Shown piece after piece: positions 1-9,888 of a DNA stretch of 64,000 nt; the first letter of the stretch is position 1, and each line of letters opens with the position of its first letter. The notes below the pieces were generated by a model, which was given only the letters and a program-made list of their open reading frames with translations, made no database searches and was not told the DNA's origin. The translations under genes were made by a program, and so were the position numbers. This DNA comes from a bacterium (lineage in GTDB: Bacteria; Patescibacteriota; Minisyncoccia; Phycocordibacterales; UBA9973), in NCBI GenBank assembly GCA_037143195.1, contig JBAWZD010000001.1, positions 16,892-80,891 of the forward strand, given 5' to 3'.

Positions 1-74
1 ATGATTTTTTGCGGTCGAGCGGAATGGTGCGGACGAGGGGAGGGCTTGTCTCCGCTGTGGTGAGGTTTTTTCAT
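1..74 (-). CDS. Partial CDS, N-terminus only (MKKPHHSGDKPSPRPHHSARPQKI...), runs off the window; product unknown
   Basis: Minus-strand ATG at 74, open frame to the window edge, TGG-TATAGT -10-like box 8 nt upstream. Confidence 0.55.
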   Translation of the reverse strand, partial: MKKPHHSGDKPSPRPHHSARPQKI

Positions 75-155
75 ATATACGTACTATACCATTTTACATG
101 CCAAAAACACGATTTCTTGCCTTTTTTCTGAATTCTGGTAGTATACCTCTCACAT

Positions 156-461
156 ATGTTAATGATCCGAATGCAACGAATAGGTCGCAGGAACGAGGCG
201 CATTTCCGCATCGTTTTGACCGATCACAAGAACGCAGCAAAATCTGGTAAATTCCAGGAGATTCTTGGTGCCTACAACCCAAAGGCGGGCGAGGTTACTA
301 TCAAAGAAGATCGTGTAAAGCACTGGATGAGTGTTGGTGCTCAGCCATCTGACACCGTTTATAACTTCCTCGTCACAAAGGGTATCGTCGTCGGAAAGAA
401 AAAGAACGTACTCTCACGCAAGGCTCCTACAAAGAAGCGCAAAGAACTCAAAGCAGCGTAA
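156..461 (+). CDS. rpsP: 30S ribosomal protein S16
   Basis: IRMQRIGRRNEAHFRIV, EILGAYNP, WMSVGAQPSDTV motifs. Confidence 0.97.
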   Translation: MLMIRMQRIGRRNEAHFRIVLTDHKNAAKSGKFQEILGAYNPKAGEVTIKEDRVKHWMSVGAQPSDTVYNFLVTKGIVVGKKKNVLSRKAPTKKRKELKAA

Positions 462-489
462 GCGAAAAGCGGAAAAATAAAATACGCAG

Positions 490-523
490 AAAAAATACGG
501 TGAAATTGTTCACCGTATTTTTT
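490..523. terminator. Bidirectional intrinsic terminator
   Basis: AAAAAATACGGTGAA-ATTG-TTCACCGTATTTTTT between convergent genes. Confidence 0.85.
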
Positions 524-870
524 TAATTGTATCCTTCGTCGATTATGGCGTAACCATATGGTGGTGGTGCGCCGAGGGTGTTTACTTCAAAAGAATACGA
601 ATAGCTGTCAGTAGAGGTCTTCTTAATTTTTGCCGTTACAATATTTTGCCCTTTCATTGATTCATTCCACGTAAAAAATGTGTATTTTTTACGTGATTTT
701 CCAATTATTTTTAATTGGTTGTCAAATGCGACGATCGCATCAATTATTTCACCAAACGTGGAGAATTTCTTTAATTTTTTATCGTAAGCTTCTTTATCAA
801 GCCTTCCGTATATGAAGGTGCACGTAATTGGTTCTTGTGGCGTGGTAACCACTACCGATTCATTTTTCAT
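523..870 (-). CDS. Hypothetical AT-rich orphan protein (115 aa)
   Basis: ORF ends at the shared terminator and overlaps no other gene; no recognisable motif. Confidence 0.55.
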   Translation of the reverse strand: MKNESVVVTTPQEPITCTFIYGRLDKEAYDKKLKKFSTFGEIIDAIVAFDNQLKIIGKSRKKYTFFTWNESMKGQNIVTAKIKKTSTDSYSYSFEVNTLGAPPPYGYAIIDEGYN

Positions 871-1184
871 GATTTATACAACGATTTTTTTTATATCGCC
901 CACTAAAAACCAATACTTCGGCATTCACTGGGCGATATATAAAATGTTGCGAACATGTTCTTTTTAAGGTGTGTCGAGGCGGAGCTGTCGTTTCCTATAC
1001 TTTACTGATTAAATTTATTTTGTCAATAACATCAATGGTATAACGATCGAGCTACAAACCTCGATCCTTTGAATTTTTTGCTTTTCAAAAACGCCGATTT
1101 GGGGTACTATGTTCTTTACGCGATAGGGTCGAAACTATTGCACAGTATATGTATTGCATTAACAGAATTTCAGTTTAGTACACC

Positions 1185-1496
1185 ATGGAACAGGATACAG
1201 CATTTCTTGAATACGTAGTAAAGGCACTCGTCGACAACCCTAATGATGTGAAGATCGAGCGTACCGTCGATGAGATGGGCGTGCTCGTCAAGCTCACCGT
1301 CAACCCCGCAGACATGGGCAAGATTATTGGTCGCCAAGGCAACACTGCCAAGGCCATTCGCACATTGCTCCGTGTTATCGGCATGAAGAACAATTCACGC
1401 GTCAATTTGAAAATCAACGAACCAGACGGCGGCACAAAGGCTGCTGGAATCGAAGAGACTTTCGATGAGGCTATGGCTGATTTGAAGAATATGTAA
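1185..1496 (+). CDS. khpA: KH-domain RNA-binding protein KhpA
   Basis: LVDNPNDV...DMGKIIGRQGNTAKAIRTLL; located near rpsP. Confidence 0.92.
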   Translation: MEQDTAFLEYVVKALVDNPNDVKIERTVDEMGVLVKLTVNPADMGKIIGRQGNTAKAIRTLLRVIGMKNNSRVNLKINEPDGGTKAAGIEETFDEAMADLKNM

Positions 1497-1517
1497 TCAA
1501 AAGTAAGAATATCTTAC

Positions 1518-1555
1518 AAAAAAAACACACAACGGAATTTCCGTTGTGTTTTTTT
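1518..1555 (+). terminator. Intrinsic terminator
   Basis: ACACAACGGAA-T-TTCCGTTGTGT stem followed by a T-tract. Confidence 0.8.
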
Positions 1556-1658
1556 GTGGCAGGGTAGTTTACTTGTGTATCTAAAATGGAATGGTTACAA
1601 TTAGATTTATTACTATTATCCCTTGCGAACTTTAGGTAAGTCCGTAAGTCAGTATGCT

Positions 1659-2999
1659 ATGAGTTTTTGGAATAATCCCGAAAATAACGCGTTAAAAGTT
1701 TTGTTACTTGTCGTTGTGTTAGCGGGCGCTGGTATTTTTGTAGTGAACGATGCTCATTCAGGGACAGGAAATGCAACTGGTCAGGTTATTGGCTCATCGA
1801 GTACACAAATTCCCGCAGGAATGCTTCCGCCCGGTGTCGGAGCGGTGAGTTCCATTGGAGTGCCAGTGAATGCTCCAACAACTCAGAGTGGTTCGACAAG
1901 TTCAGGAACAACAACGGGAGGCACAGGTGCGGGCACTACCGGTGGCGCGGGCGCGAGTGGGACTGGTGCGACACCACCAGCCGCAACACTTTTTCCAGCG
2001 ATTAACATCGGAGCGAATCCAACTGGATCACTCGCTTCGGCAATGAAAGTCTTGTACGTTCAAGGAACTTCAGTTTTTGCTGGGGGAATAGGTATTCGTG
2101 GACAGCTCGGCATCGCACAAAACGATGGTAGTACGATTCCAACAAGTACTCCTGGGTACAATACTATCTACGTGCAAGGTGTTCCTGTTTGTTTGAGAGA
2201 TGGTTCAAACTGTCCTCAATCAGGCGCTTCGATGGGATCAAACAATGCAGGGGCAGCAACTGTTTCCTCATCTGTTTTGCCATTTACTTCAAAGGGGCCA
2301 ATTACTTCACAAGGTGCATGGATTGGCTGGAACAATCTTACTGGAGGTACCGGAGAAACAGATTTCATCAATAGTAAAGGCGAGGGTAAGGGAGGTTTCG
2401 CATTTATGAATGGAGGTAATGGTAGCCCATCTGCATCATCTGAGAAAGTTCTCGGTACGCTCGATGACACAGGTACATTGTCTGTTCCTGGTTCAGTAAA
2501 TGCTTTGAATGAATCTCATTTTGGAGTCAACGGAAAATATATTGATCCAGTACCAGGTGTTCCTGTCGCATTGAAGGCGAATTCTATTGCCACAGGAAAA
2601 TTGCTTGTGGATGGCGAAATACCAATCATGCGTATTAATCCCGCATGTTTTGAGGGTCACCAGCAATGGGTTACAAAGTTCCCAGTTCCGATGCGTTCAT
2701 CGAATCTTGGATTGTTGGTTGCTGTAGTTGATATTCCATTTGGTATTATCGCTTCGATTGCGAATATTTCACAAAATATATTCAATGTAGTTTTTAACGG
2801 AGGAACGAATTGGAACGATGATCTGCTAAAATCTTCAGTTATACTCACAACAGATACAGGTTGTACAAACAAGTATGGAACATATTATAAAAACATCGAC
2901 TACGGAGTTTTTGGGTTCGTTATCCCAGGTATTCCTCCAAAGGATGCTGGAGCTGATGTAATTAAGGGCTATAGTGTGCTCGGTACGGATCATAAATAA
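1659..2999 (+). CDS. Membrane-anchored Gly/Thr-rich surface protein with fibre-like motifs
   Basis: N-terminal TM (LLLVVVLAGAGIFVV), G/T/S linker, VCLRDGSNC and QGAWIGWN...GETDFIN motifs; start moved to ATG 1659. Confidence 0.65.
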   Translation: MSFWNNPENNALKVLLLVVVLAGAGIFVVNDAHSGTGNATGQVIGSSSTQIPAGMLPPGVGAVSSIGVPVNAPTTQSGSTSSGTTTGGTGAGTTGGAGASGTGATPPAATLFPAINIGANPTGSLASAMKVLYVQGTSVFAGGIGIRGQLGIAQNDGSTIPTSTPGYNTIYVQGVPVCLRDGSNCPQSGASMGSNNAGAATVSSSVLPFTSKGPITSQGAWIGWNNLTGGTGETDFINSKGEGKGGFAFMNGGNGSPSASSEKVLGTLDDTGTLSVPGSVNALNESHFGVNGKYIDPVPGVPVALKANSIATGKLLVDGEIPIMRINPACFEGHQQWVTKFPVPMRSSNLGLLVAVVDIPFGIIASIANISQNIFNVVFNGGTNWNDDLLKSSVILTTDTGCTNKYGTYYKNIDYGVFGFVIPGIPPKDAGADVIKGYSVLGTDHK

Positions 3000-3016
3000 A
3001 GAGACAGAGGCGAGAA

Positions 3017-3044
3017 AAAAGGCCGCGCGTACGCGCGGCCTTTT
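3017..3044 (+). terminator. Intrinsic terminator (perfect palindrome)
   Basis: AAAAGGCCGCGCGTACGCGCGGCCTTTT. Confidence 0.8.
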
Positions 3045-3115
3045 GTATTTGCGTATTCAAGGAAATAGTGTTACTGTTGTAGGGTAATTGGCCCCACGGG
3101 GCTCTTATTTTATAT

Positions 3116-4909
3116 ATGGACAAAAAAGACATCAGAAATATAGCTATTATCGCGCACGTTGACCACGGCAAGACCACTCTTACCGATGCTCTTTTGAAGT
3201 TTACAGGAGCTGTCGACGCAACCGCTTCAAGTATGGATTCGAACGACCTTGAAAAGGAACGTGGTATCACGATCTATTCCAAGAACTGTTCGCTCATGTA
3301 CAAGGGTACAAAAATCAACATTGTTGATACACCAGGACACGCCGACTTCGGTTCTGAAGTTGAACGTGTGCTTCGCTCGATCGACACCGTCCTCCTCATT
3401 GTCGATGCGCAAGAAGGTCCAATGCCACAGACACGATTCGTGCTCAAGAAGTCACTCGAACTCGGGCTCAAGCCAATCGTCGTCGTCAACAAAATCGACA
3501 AACCAGCTGCAAACCCAGAACAAGTTCACGAGCAAGTCCTCGAACTCTTCCTCGAACTCGGAGCAAACGATGAACAGCTCGATTTCAAAACTGTTTTTGC
3601 AATCGGCCGACAGGGCATAGCAAAACGTAATCTTACCGATGATTCAAAAGATCTCGCACCGCTCCTTGATATGGTGCTTGAGCTCGTCCCATCTGCAACT
3701 CGCGACGTGAATGCTCCTGCATGTGCACAAGTATTCAACCTTGCGTATGACTCATTCCTCGGACGTCTCGCCATCGCGCGTGTCTACGATGGAACACTCA
3801 AAGATGGATCAACAATTTTTGTAAAACACGGAGATACAACACGTCAGGCGAAAATTACAAAAATGTTTTCGTTCATTGGACAGAAACGTGAGCCAGTCTC
3901 TGAACTCGTTTCAGGAGACATTGGTATCGTTGCTGGTATCTCAGATGTTTACATCGGAGAAACAATTGCCGGAGACAATTCTGTCACTGCGCTTCCAACA
4001 ATCTCCATCGACGAACCAACAATCACACTCAGTTTCCTCGTGAACGACTCACCATTCGCAGGACGCGATGGTAAATTCGTCACTTCACGTCAGATTCGTG
4101 ATCGTCTCGAACGCGAGCTTCAGGTCAACGTTGGACTCAAAGTCGACTTCGATTCTGAAGCAACATTTCAGGTGTCCGGTCGTGGAGAACTCCACATCGC
4201 CGTTCTTCTTGAACAAATGCGCCGTGAAGGATTTGAAATGCAAGTCTCACAGCCAAAGGCAATCACCAAAGAAATTGATGGTGTAAAAAACGAACCATTC
4301 GAAGAGGCAACAATCGACGTTCCAATGGAATTCTCTGGAGCTGTTATCGAAACACTGACGAAGCGTCGCGGATTGCTCACTTCAATGACAGAAAAAGAAG
4401 GTATCGCGCGTATTCTCATCGAAATTCCAACTCGTGGATTGCTCGGTTACCGAAACCAATTCGTGATTGACACCAAGGGAGAGGGAATTCTTGCTTCACG
4501 TGTGATCGGATTCCGTCCATGGGCAGGTGAAATCAAGAAGAAGGAAGTTGGCGCCATGATCTCGATGATTTCTGGTTCAGCTGCTGGATTCTCGATTTGG
4601 AATCTTCAGGATCGTGGCACGATGTATATCGTCCACAATACGGAAGTTTACGAAGGAATGATCGTTGGAAACACCTCAAAGGGTGAAGACATGATGGTGA
4701 ACCCAATCAAAGGAAAGGCGCTCTCAAACGTTCGTGCTTCGGGAAGTGATGAGGCTATGTATCTCAACCCAGCATGGGAACTCACGATAGAACGTGGTCT
4801 TGAAGTTATGAACCACGACGAATATCTCGAAGTTACTCCGCACTTTGTACGCTTGCGTAAGAAGTTGCTCACAGAGACTGAGCGCTCACGCGGATCACGA
4901 AATCAATAA
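3116..4909 (+). CDS. typA: Translational GTPase TypA/BipA
   Basis: IRNIAIIAHVDHGKTT, EKERGITI, DTPGHADF, NKID, GRGELH. Confidence 0.97.
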   Translation: MDKKDIRNIAIIAHVDHGKTTLTDALLKFTGAVDATASSMDSNDLEKERGITIYSKNCSLMYKGTKINIVDTPGHADFGSEVERVLRSIDTVLLIVDAQEGPMPQTRFVLKKSLELGLKPIVVVNKIDKPAANPEQVHEQVLELFLELGANDEQLDFKTVFAIGRQGIAKRNLTDDSKDLAPLLDMVLELVPSATRDVNAPACAQVFNLAYDSFLGRLAIARVYDGTLKDGSTIFVKHGDTTRQAKITKMFSFIGQKREPVSELVSGDIGIVAGISDVYIGETIAGDNSVTALPTISIDEPTITLSFLVNDSPFAGRDGKFVTSRQIRDRLERELQVNVGLKVDFDSEATFQVSGRGELHIAVLLEQMRREGFEMQVSQPKAITKEIDGVKNEPFEEATIDVPMEFSGAVIETLTKRRGLLTSMTEKEGIARILIEIPTRGLLGYRNQFVIDTKGEGILASRVIGFRPWAGEIKKKEVGAMISMISGSAAGFSIWNLQDRGTMYIVHNTEVYEGMIVGNTSKGEDMMVNPIKGKALSNVRASGSDEAMYLNPAWELTIERGLEVMNHDEYLEVTPHFVRLRKKLLTETERSRGSRNQ

Positions 4910-4918
4910 TTATAAGTG

Positions 4919-4945
4919 AAAAATTCCGCTTACGCGGAATTTTTT
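4919..4945 (+). terminator. Intrinsic terminator
   Basis: AAAAATTCCGC-TTAC-GCGGAATTTTTT after typA. Confidence 0.8.
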
Positions 4946-4966
4946 ATAACTGGTATAATAAAAAAT

Positions 4967-5587
4967 ATGTCATTCATCAACAATCTCAACTGGCGTTACG
5001 CCACCAAACAATTTAATGGAAAAATCGTCGGTGATGTGCAACTCGACACGATTCTTGAAGCGATTCGTCTCGCTCCTTCCGCCACGGGCATGCAACCGTA
5101 CCATGTTGTTGTCGCACGTGGGGCAATGAAAGACACATTGATCGAATCGTCAGGGCAAGTCGCAAAGCTTGGCGCTTCGCATCTTCTCGTATTTTGTTCT
5201 CGTACAGATTATCCAGCGCGCGCAGAAGCGCAGATTGCGAATACCGCACAAGTACAAGGTGTTAGCGCTGAATCACTTGAAGGTTTGAAAAAAATGGTCT
5301 GGATGTCATTTGAATCGCGAACTCCTGAGAAGCTCCTTGCATGGGCAGAACGACAAGTCTATATCGCACTCGGATTTGCGCTCGCGGCCTGTGCCGAACT
5401 TGAGATTGATGCAGCTCCGATGGAAGGATTCAAACCCGATGCATTTCGTGAAATACTTGGATTACCAGAATACATTCGCCCTGTTGTCATTATGGCGATT
5501 GGTCATCGTGATCCAGAAGACTCTGCTCAGCCGAGCAAGCGCGCGAAGGTACGGTTTCCGAAAGACGACCTCTTTTCGTTTCGATAA
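4967..5587 (+). CDS. NAD(P)H nitroreductase family flavoprotein (NfsB-like)
   Basis: LNWRYATKQF, IRLAPS..GMQPY, QVYIALG, PMEGF. Confidence 0.92.
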   Translation: MSFINNLNWRYATKQFNGKIVGDVQLDTILEAIRLAPSATGMQPYHVVVARGAMKDTLIESSGQVAKLGASHLLVFCSRTDYPARAEAQIANTAQVQGVSAESLEGLKKMVWMSFESRTPEKLLAWAERQVYIALGFALAACAELEIDAAPMEGFKPDAFREILGLPEYIRPVVIMAIGHRDPEDSAQPSKRAKVRFPKDDLFSFR

Positions 5588-5630
5588 AACGCTTTATTAT
5601 TCACTATTCAATTGATATACTAACGTACAC

Positions 5631-7166
5631 ATGAAAAATATTTTTCTTTCGATTAAGACATATTATCAGTCTCACCCAAAACGATTTTGGGTACTTGGTG
5701 CGATTATCTTCGTTGCTGTTTTGTACTCGATATTCCATACAACACCAAGCACCGTTACGGTCTATCCAGTCGCAAAAGCCGACTTACAATCCACGATTCT
5801 TGCCACAGGACAAGTGACGAGTGCGACTGATTTGAGTTTGTCATTCTCTGCAAGTGGAACGATTGATACGCTTCCTGTGTCAGTCGGTGACCGAGTCTCG
5901 CAGGGTCAAATCATTGCAACACTCAACAACGCAAGTGAATTTGCTTCGCTCAAATCTGCGCAAGCGAATTATCAAAAAGTTGTTGAAGGATCATCAAACG
6001 AAGAAATCGCTGTCGCTCAAGCATCACTTGATTCAGCGCGATCAAGCCTTGAAAGCGCAAAAAAAGTACAAGACAATTTGGTTGCGAGTGCGTATTCAGC
6101 AATGTTAAACAGTGATTTGGCACCTGAAACCGTATCAGGTTCAAGCACTGTTGCACCACTTTTGTCAGGAACGTATACAGGAAGTACACAGGGAGTCTAT
6201 ACGATAACCACATATTCGACAGGGAATGGAGGATACTTTTCATATGATGGAATCGAATCTGGAACTGGTCAAATTAATTCTGGCGCTGCGACTGCACTTG
6301 GAACACGTGGACTTTTTGTTCAATTCCCCTCGAGTGATTCGTTTGGAACGAATACATCGTGGAAGGTTACAATCCCAAATACAAAATCACCAAACTATCT
6401 TACTCGCTACAACGCATATCAAGACGCACTTAAGACACAAGACAGTGTCGTGACGGCAGCACAAGCAGCTGTGGTACAAGCGCAGGCGAATCTTGATTTG
6501 AAAAAGGCAGGTGCACGCTCAGCTGATCTTGCAATCGCAAACGCGCAAGTTCTTGCGGCACAGGCGACCTATGACAAAACAATCATTCGCGCTCCTGCAA
6601 GTGGAACTGTCGTTCACGTCGATTCAAAAATTGGTGAACAGGCAAAAGCGCAACAAGAAGTCGTAACGATTCAAGATGTTGGCAATTTGTATGTAGAAGC
6701 AAACATCAACGAAACAAACATCGCGCGAGTTGCTCTTGGTCAGCCAGTCAAAATGACGCTGGATGCTTTTGGTCCTGATACGATTTTTACCGGATCAGTG
6801 ATTCATATTGATCCATCATCAACGACAGCAGATGGAGTAGTGAACTACGTTATCAAGGCATCAATTCAAAACCCAGTATGCAAGGGCACGGATGTTTGCG
6901 TTAATCTCGTCAAAGACAAAGTTCGCCCTGGTATGAACGCAAACATGACTATCACTGCATGGGACAAACCTGACGCGATTGCCGTACCGAAGGCTGCTGT
7001 TATCAAAGAGAGTGACGGAACAACAAGCGTGAATGTGATTGTTGACGACAAGACAGGCGAATACAAAAAACAAAGCATCGTAACAGGGCTCGTTGGTGAT
7101 GGTGAACTCATTGAAGTCGTGAGTGGTCTCTCTGGCGGAGAGAAGATTGCAGTTGGTGCGAAGTAA
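5631..7166 (+). CDS. MacA/HlyD-type membrane fusion (adaptor) protein
   Basis: N-terminal TM, lipoyl halves (SGTIDTLPVSVGDRV; IRAPASGTV), coiled-coil hairpin, VRPGMNAN, IEVVSGL. Confidence 0.9.
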   Translation: MKNIFLSIKTYYQSHPKRFWVLGAIIFVAVLYSIFHTTPSTVTVYPVAKADLQSTILATGQVTSATDLSLSFSASGTIDTLPVSVGDRVSQGQIIATLNNASEFASLKSAQANYQKVVEGSSNEEIAVAQASLDSARSSLESAKKVQDNLVASAYSAMLNSDLAPETVSGSSTVAPLLSGTYTGSTQGVYTITTYSTGNGGYFSYDGIESGTGQINSGAATALGTRGLFVQFPSSDSFGTNTSWKVTIPNTKSPNYLTRYNAYQDALKTQDSVVTAAQAAVVQAQANLDLKKAGARSADLAIANAQVLAAQATYDKTIIRAPASGTVVHVDSKIGEQAKAQQEVVTIQDVGNLYVEANINETNIARVALGQPVKMTLDAFGPDTIFTGSVIHIDPSSTTADGVVNYVIKASIQNPVCKGTDVCVNLVKDKVRPGMNANMTITAWDKPDAIAVPKAAVIKESDGTTSVNVIVDDKTGEYKKQSIVTGLVGDGELIEVVSGLSGGEKIAVGAK

Positions 7167-7169
7167 CTT

Positions 7170-8447
7170 ATGGCGGACCGCACACGCATCGAAAATTCAT
7201 TTTCCCAAAACATCAAAGTCGGTTGGTATCTCGCCAAGCGCGATGTTAAACGTGCCAATATTTGGACGACTGCACTTATCGTTCTTGTGATGACATTTAC
7301 ATTCCTGAACCTTGTTGTCGTTTCAGGAATCTTGATTGGATTGATCCAAGGATCAGAAGATGCTCAAAAAAAATATGCCATTGGAGATATTGTTATTTCC
7401 TCATTTCTTGACCACGCGTTTATCGAACAATCCCCAAAAGTAGCAGATATTGCGCGAACGATTCCTGGCTTTAAGGATGAGACTGTCCGATATAGTGGTT
7501 CGGCAAAAGTTGAGAGTGACTATCGCAAGACACTTGCGCCAGGGCAGATTGCCGACGGAGCAGGAGGTTCGTTTCTCGGTATCGATCCTGTCGAGGAAGA
7601 AAAATTTTCCGGTGTCTCGAAGTTTATTATCCGTGGTCAATATTTGACCCCAGAAGATCAGGATAGTGTTTTGATTGGAAAAAATTTGCTCTATGAATTT
7701 ACTCCTATTGATGCTCCAGGATTTCAGACACTCAAAAACGTTTCTATCGGATCGCGCATTCGTATTACGGTAGGAAACAACCAAAAAGAATATTATGTAA
7801 AAGGAATTGTTTCTTCGAAAGTTGATGTGTTTGATACATCGGTGATTGGTCTTGCAAGCGAAGTACGCAAGATGACAGGACGAACCGATCTCAATGCGTC
7901 ATCGATTGCAATTCAGCTCGTACCGGGGACTGACCCAATCGCAGCAAAGCAATTTTTGCTCGCAAGCGGTGTTGGATCGTATGCCCGTGTACAAACAGCA
8001 GATGAGGCGTTTCCAAAATTCTTGCAGGATATCAAGACAACATTCGCTATCCTTGGAAACGCGATTAGTGGTATTGGTTTGATTGTTGCATCGATTACCA
8101 TCTTCATCGTTATTTTCGTCAACGCAATTACTCGACGCAGATTCATTGGAATCTTGAAGGGGATTGGTATCAATCGTCGTGCAATTTTGTATTCATACAT
8201 GTTTCAGGCACTGATGTATGCACTCATCGGCGTGACGATTGGGATGCTTCTTGTGTTTGTGATTATCAAACCATATTTCACAGCGCACCCAATCAATTTT
8301 CCGTTCTCTGATGGTATTCTCGTGGCAACAGTCTCAGGTACATTCTTGCGTGCAGGTATTCTGATGGTGACGACAATCATCGCTGGATACATTCCTGCAC
8401 GTATCGTTATTAAGCAAAATACATTGAGCGCAATTCTCGGAAGATAA
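7170..8447 (+). CDS. ABC transporter permease, FtsX/MacB/LolE type
   Basis: TM1, large extracytoplasmic domain, three C-terminal TMs; RRFIGILKGIG. Confidence 0.9.
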   Translation: MADRTRIENSFSQNIKVGWYLAKRDVKRANIWTTALIVLVMTFTFLNLVVVSGILIGLIQGSEDAQKKYAIGDIVISSFLDHAFIEQSPKVADIARTIPGFKDETVRYSGSAKVESDYRKTLAPGQIADGAGGSFLGIDPVEEEKFSGVSKFIIRGQYLTPEDQDSVLIGKNLLYEFTPIDAPGFQTLKNVSIGSRIRITVGNNQKEYYVKGIVSSKVDVFDTSVIGLASEVRKMTGRTDLNASSIAIQLVPGTDPIAAKQFLLASGVGSYARVQTADEAFPKFLQDIKTTFAILGNAISGIGLIVASITIFIVIFVNAITRRRFIGILKGIGINRRAILYSYMFQALMYALIGVTIGMLLVFVIIKPYFTAHPINFPFSDGILVATVSGTFLRAGILMVTTIIAGYIPARIVIKQNTLSAILGR

Positions 8448-8448
8448 T

Positions 8449-9129
8449 ATGATACAAGCAAAAAATCTCACCAAAATATTTACCTCTGGCGAACAACGAA
8501 TCGTTGCGCTTGATAACCTCACCTTTAGTGTGCCAGAAGGACAATTTCTCACAGTCACGGGAAAATCTGGTTCCGGAAAATCGACTCTGCTCTACCAGCT
8601 CGGACTTCTTGATTTGCCATCGAGCGGGGAAGTGCTCATCGATGGAGTGGACATGGTCCCTGTGTCTGAGAACGAACGCACGATGACACGCTTGAATGAC
8701 CTTGGATATATTTTTCAGGACTACGCCATTATTCCGTCGCTTACTGCGCTTGAAAATACTGTCGTGCCACTCTTGATGCAAGGATATCCGCTTCCGGAAG
8801 CAGAAGAAAAGGCAAAGAAAGCGCTCATTCGTGTCGGACTTGGTGATCGTATGAACAATCTTCCGAGTCAGCTTTCTGGCGGACAGCAACAGCGTGTCGC
8901 AATTGCTCGCGCAATCGGTCACAGTCCAAAAATTATTTTTGCCGATGAACCAACTGCCAACCTCGACTCAGAAACATCTGACCAAGTGATCCAAACGTTC
9001 ATCGACCTCAACAAAGAAGGGCAGACTATCGTCATGGTGACCCACGAGCCGGAATATGCTAAATTGGCGCACCGCACAATCACGATGGCTGACGGCAAAG
9101 TCTTGAGTGATGTTATGAACAAAAAATAA
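8449..9129 (+). CDS. ABC transporter ATP-binding protein (LolD/MacB-like)
   Basis: GKSGSGKST, LSGGQQQRVAIARA, ADEPTANLD, VTH. Confidence 0.95.
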   Translation: MIQAKNLTKIFTSGEQRIVALDNLTFSVPEGQFLTVTGKSGSGKSTLLYQLGLLDLPSSGEVLIDGVDMVPVSENERTMTRLNDLGYIFQDYAIIPSLTALENTVVPLLMQGYPLPEAEEKAKKALIRVGLGDRMNNLPSQLSGGQQQRVAIARAIGHSPKIIFADEPTANLDSETSDQVIQTFIDLNKEGQTIVMVTHEPEYAKLAHRTITMADGKVLSDVMNKK

Positions 9130-9144
9130 AAGTCCGTATCCACC

Positions 9145-9846
9145 ATGCATTTCTACGTTATTACACTCTTTCCCGAAGCATTTGATTCATACCTCAAAGA
9201 ATCGGTCATCGGTCGTGCGATCAAAGAAAAACGGATCAAAGTCACGTTTGTGAATCCGCGCATGTTCGTCTCAGGCAAGAAGTACAAGCGCGTGTGGCCC
9301 GACGGCAACGTATCGCGTATTGTTGACGATCGACCATTCGGTGGAGGCCCAGGGATGATTATTCGAGCTGAGCCAGTCCTTAAGGCTGTCGAAAGTGTTG
9401 CAAAAAAAATTGCAAAAAAAGAAAAGAGAAAAGTAAAAATCATTCACTTTAGTCCGAGTGGAACAAAATTCACGACGAGTTACGCAAAAACGACGATGAA
9501 AAAATATACCGATGTTGTGATGCTCTGTGGAAGATATGAGGGGATCGATGCGCGAGTCGCAAAGATACTGAAAGCCGAAGACGTCTCAATCGGAGATTAC
9601 GTCCTCACGGGAGGGGAGCTTCCTGCCATGGTGCTCATTGATTCGATGTCCCGACAAATCCCTGGTGTGCTCGGCACATTTGATTCGCTCGAAGAAGAGC
9701 GTGTCTCATCGAGCGAATTTTACACACGCCCAGAAGTGCTCGAATGGAAAAAGAAAAAATATGCAGTGCCACCCGTCCTCCTCTCCGGCGACCACAAGAA
9801 AATCGAAGAATGGAAAATGGAGCACAATAAAAAAGAACCACTCTAG
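9145..9846 (+). CDS. trmD: tRNA (guanine37-N1)-methyltransferase
   Basis: VDDRPFGGGPGM, CGRYEGID, SIGDYVLTGGE, YTRP, LLSGDH. Confidence 0.97.
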   Translation: MHFYVITLFPEAFDSYLKESVIGRAIKEKRIKVTFVNPRMFVSGKKYKRVWPDGNVSRIVDDRPFGGGPGMIIRAEPVLKAVESVAKKIAKKEKRKVKIIHFSPSGTKFTTSYAKTTMKKYTDVVMLCGRYEGIDARVAKILKAEDVSIGDYVLTGGELPAMVLIDSMSRQIPGVLGTFDSLEEERVSSSEFYTRPEVLEWKKKKYAVPPVLLSGDHKKIEEWKMEHNKKEPL

Positions 9847-9888
9847 CGTGTGCTAGGGTCCGTTTTTAAATTGTGTTAACGTTAGTAT

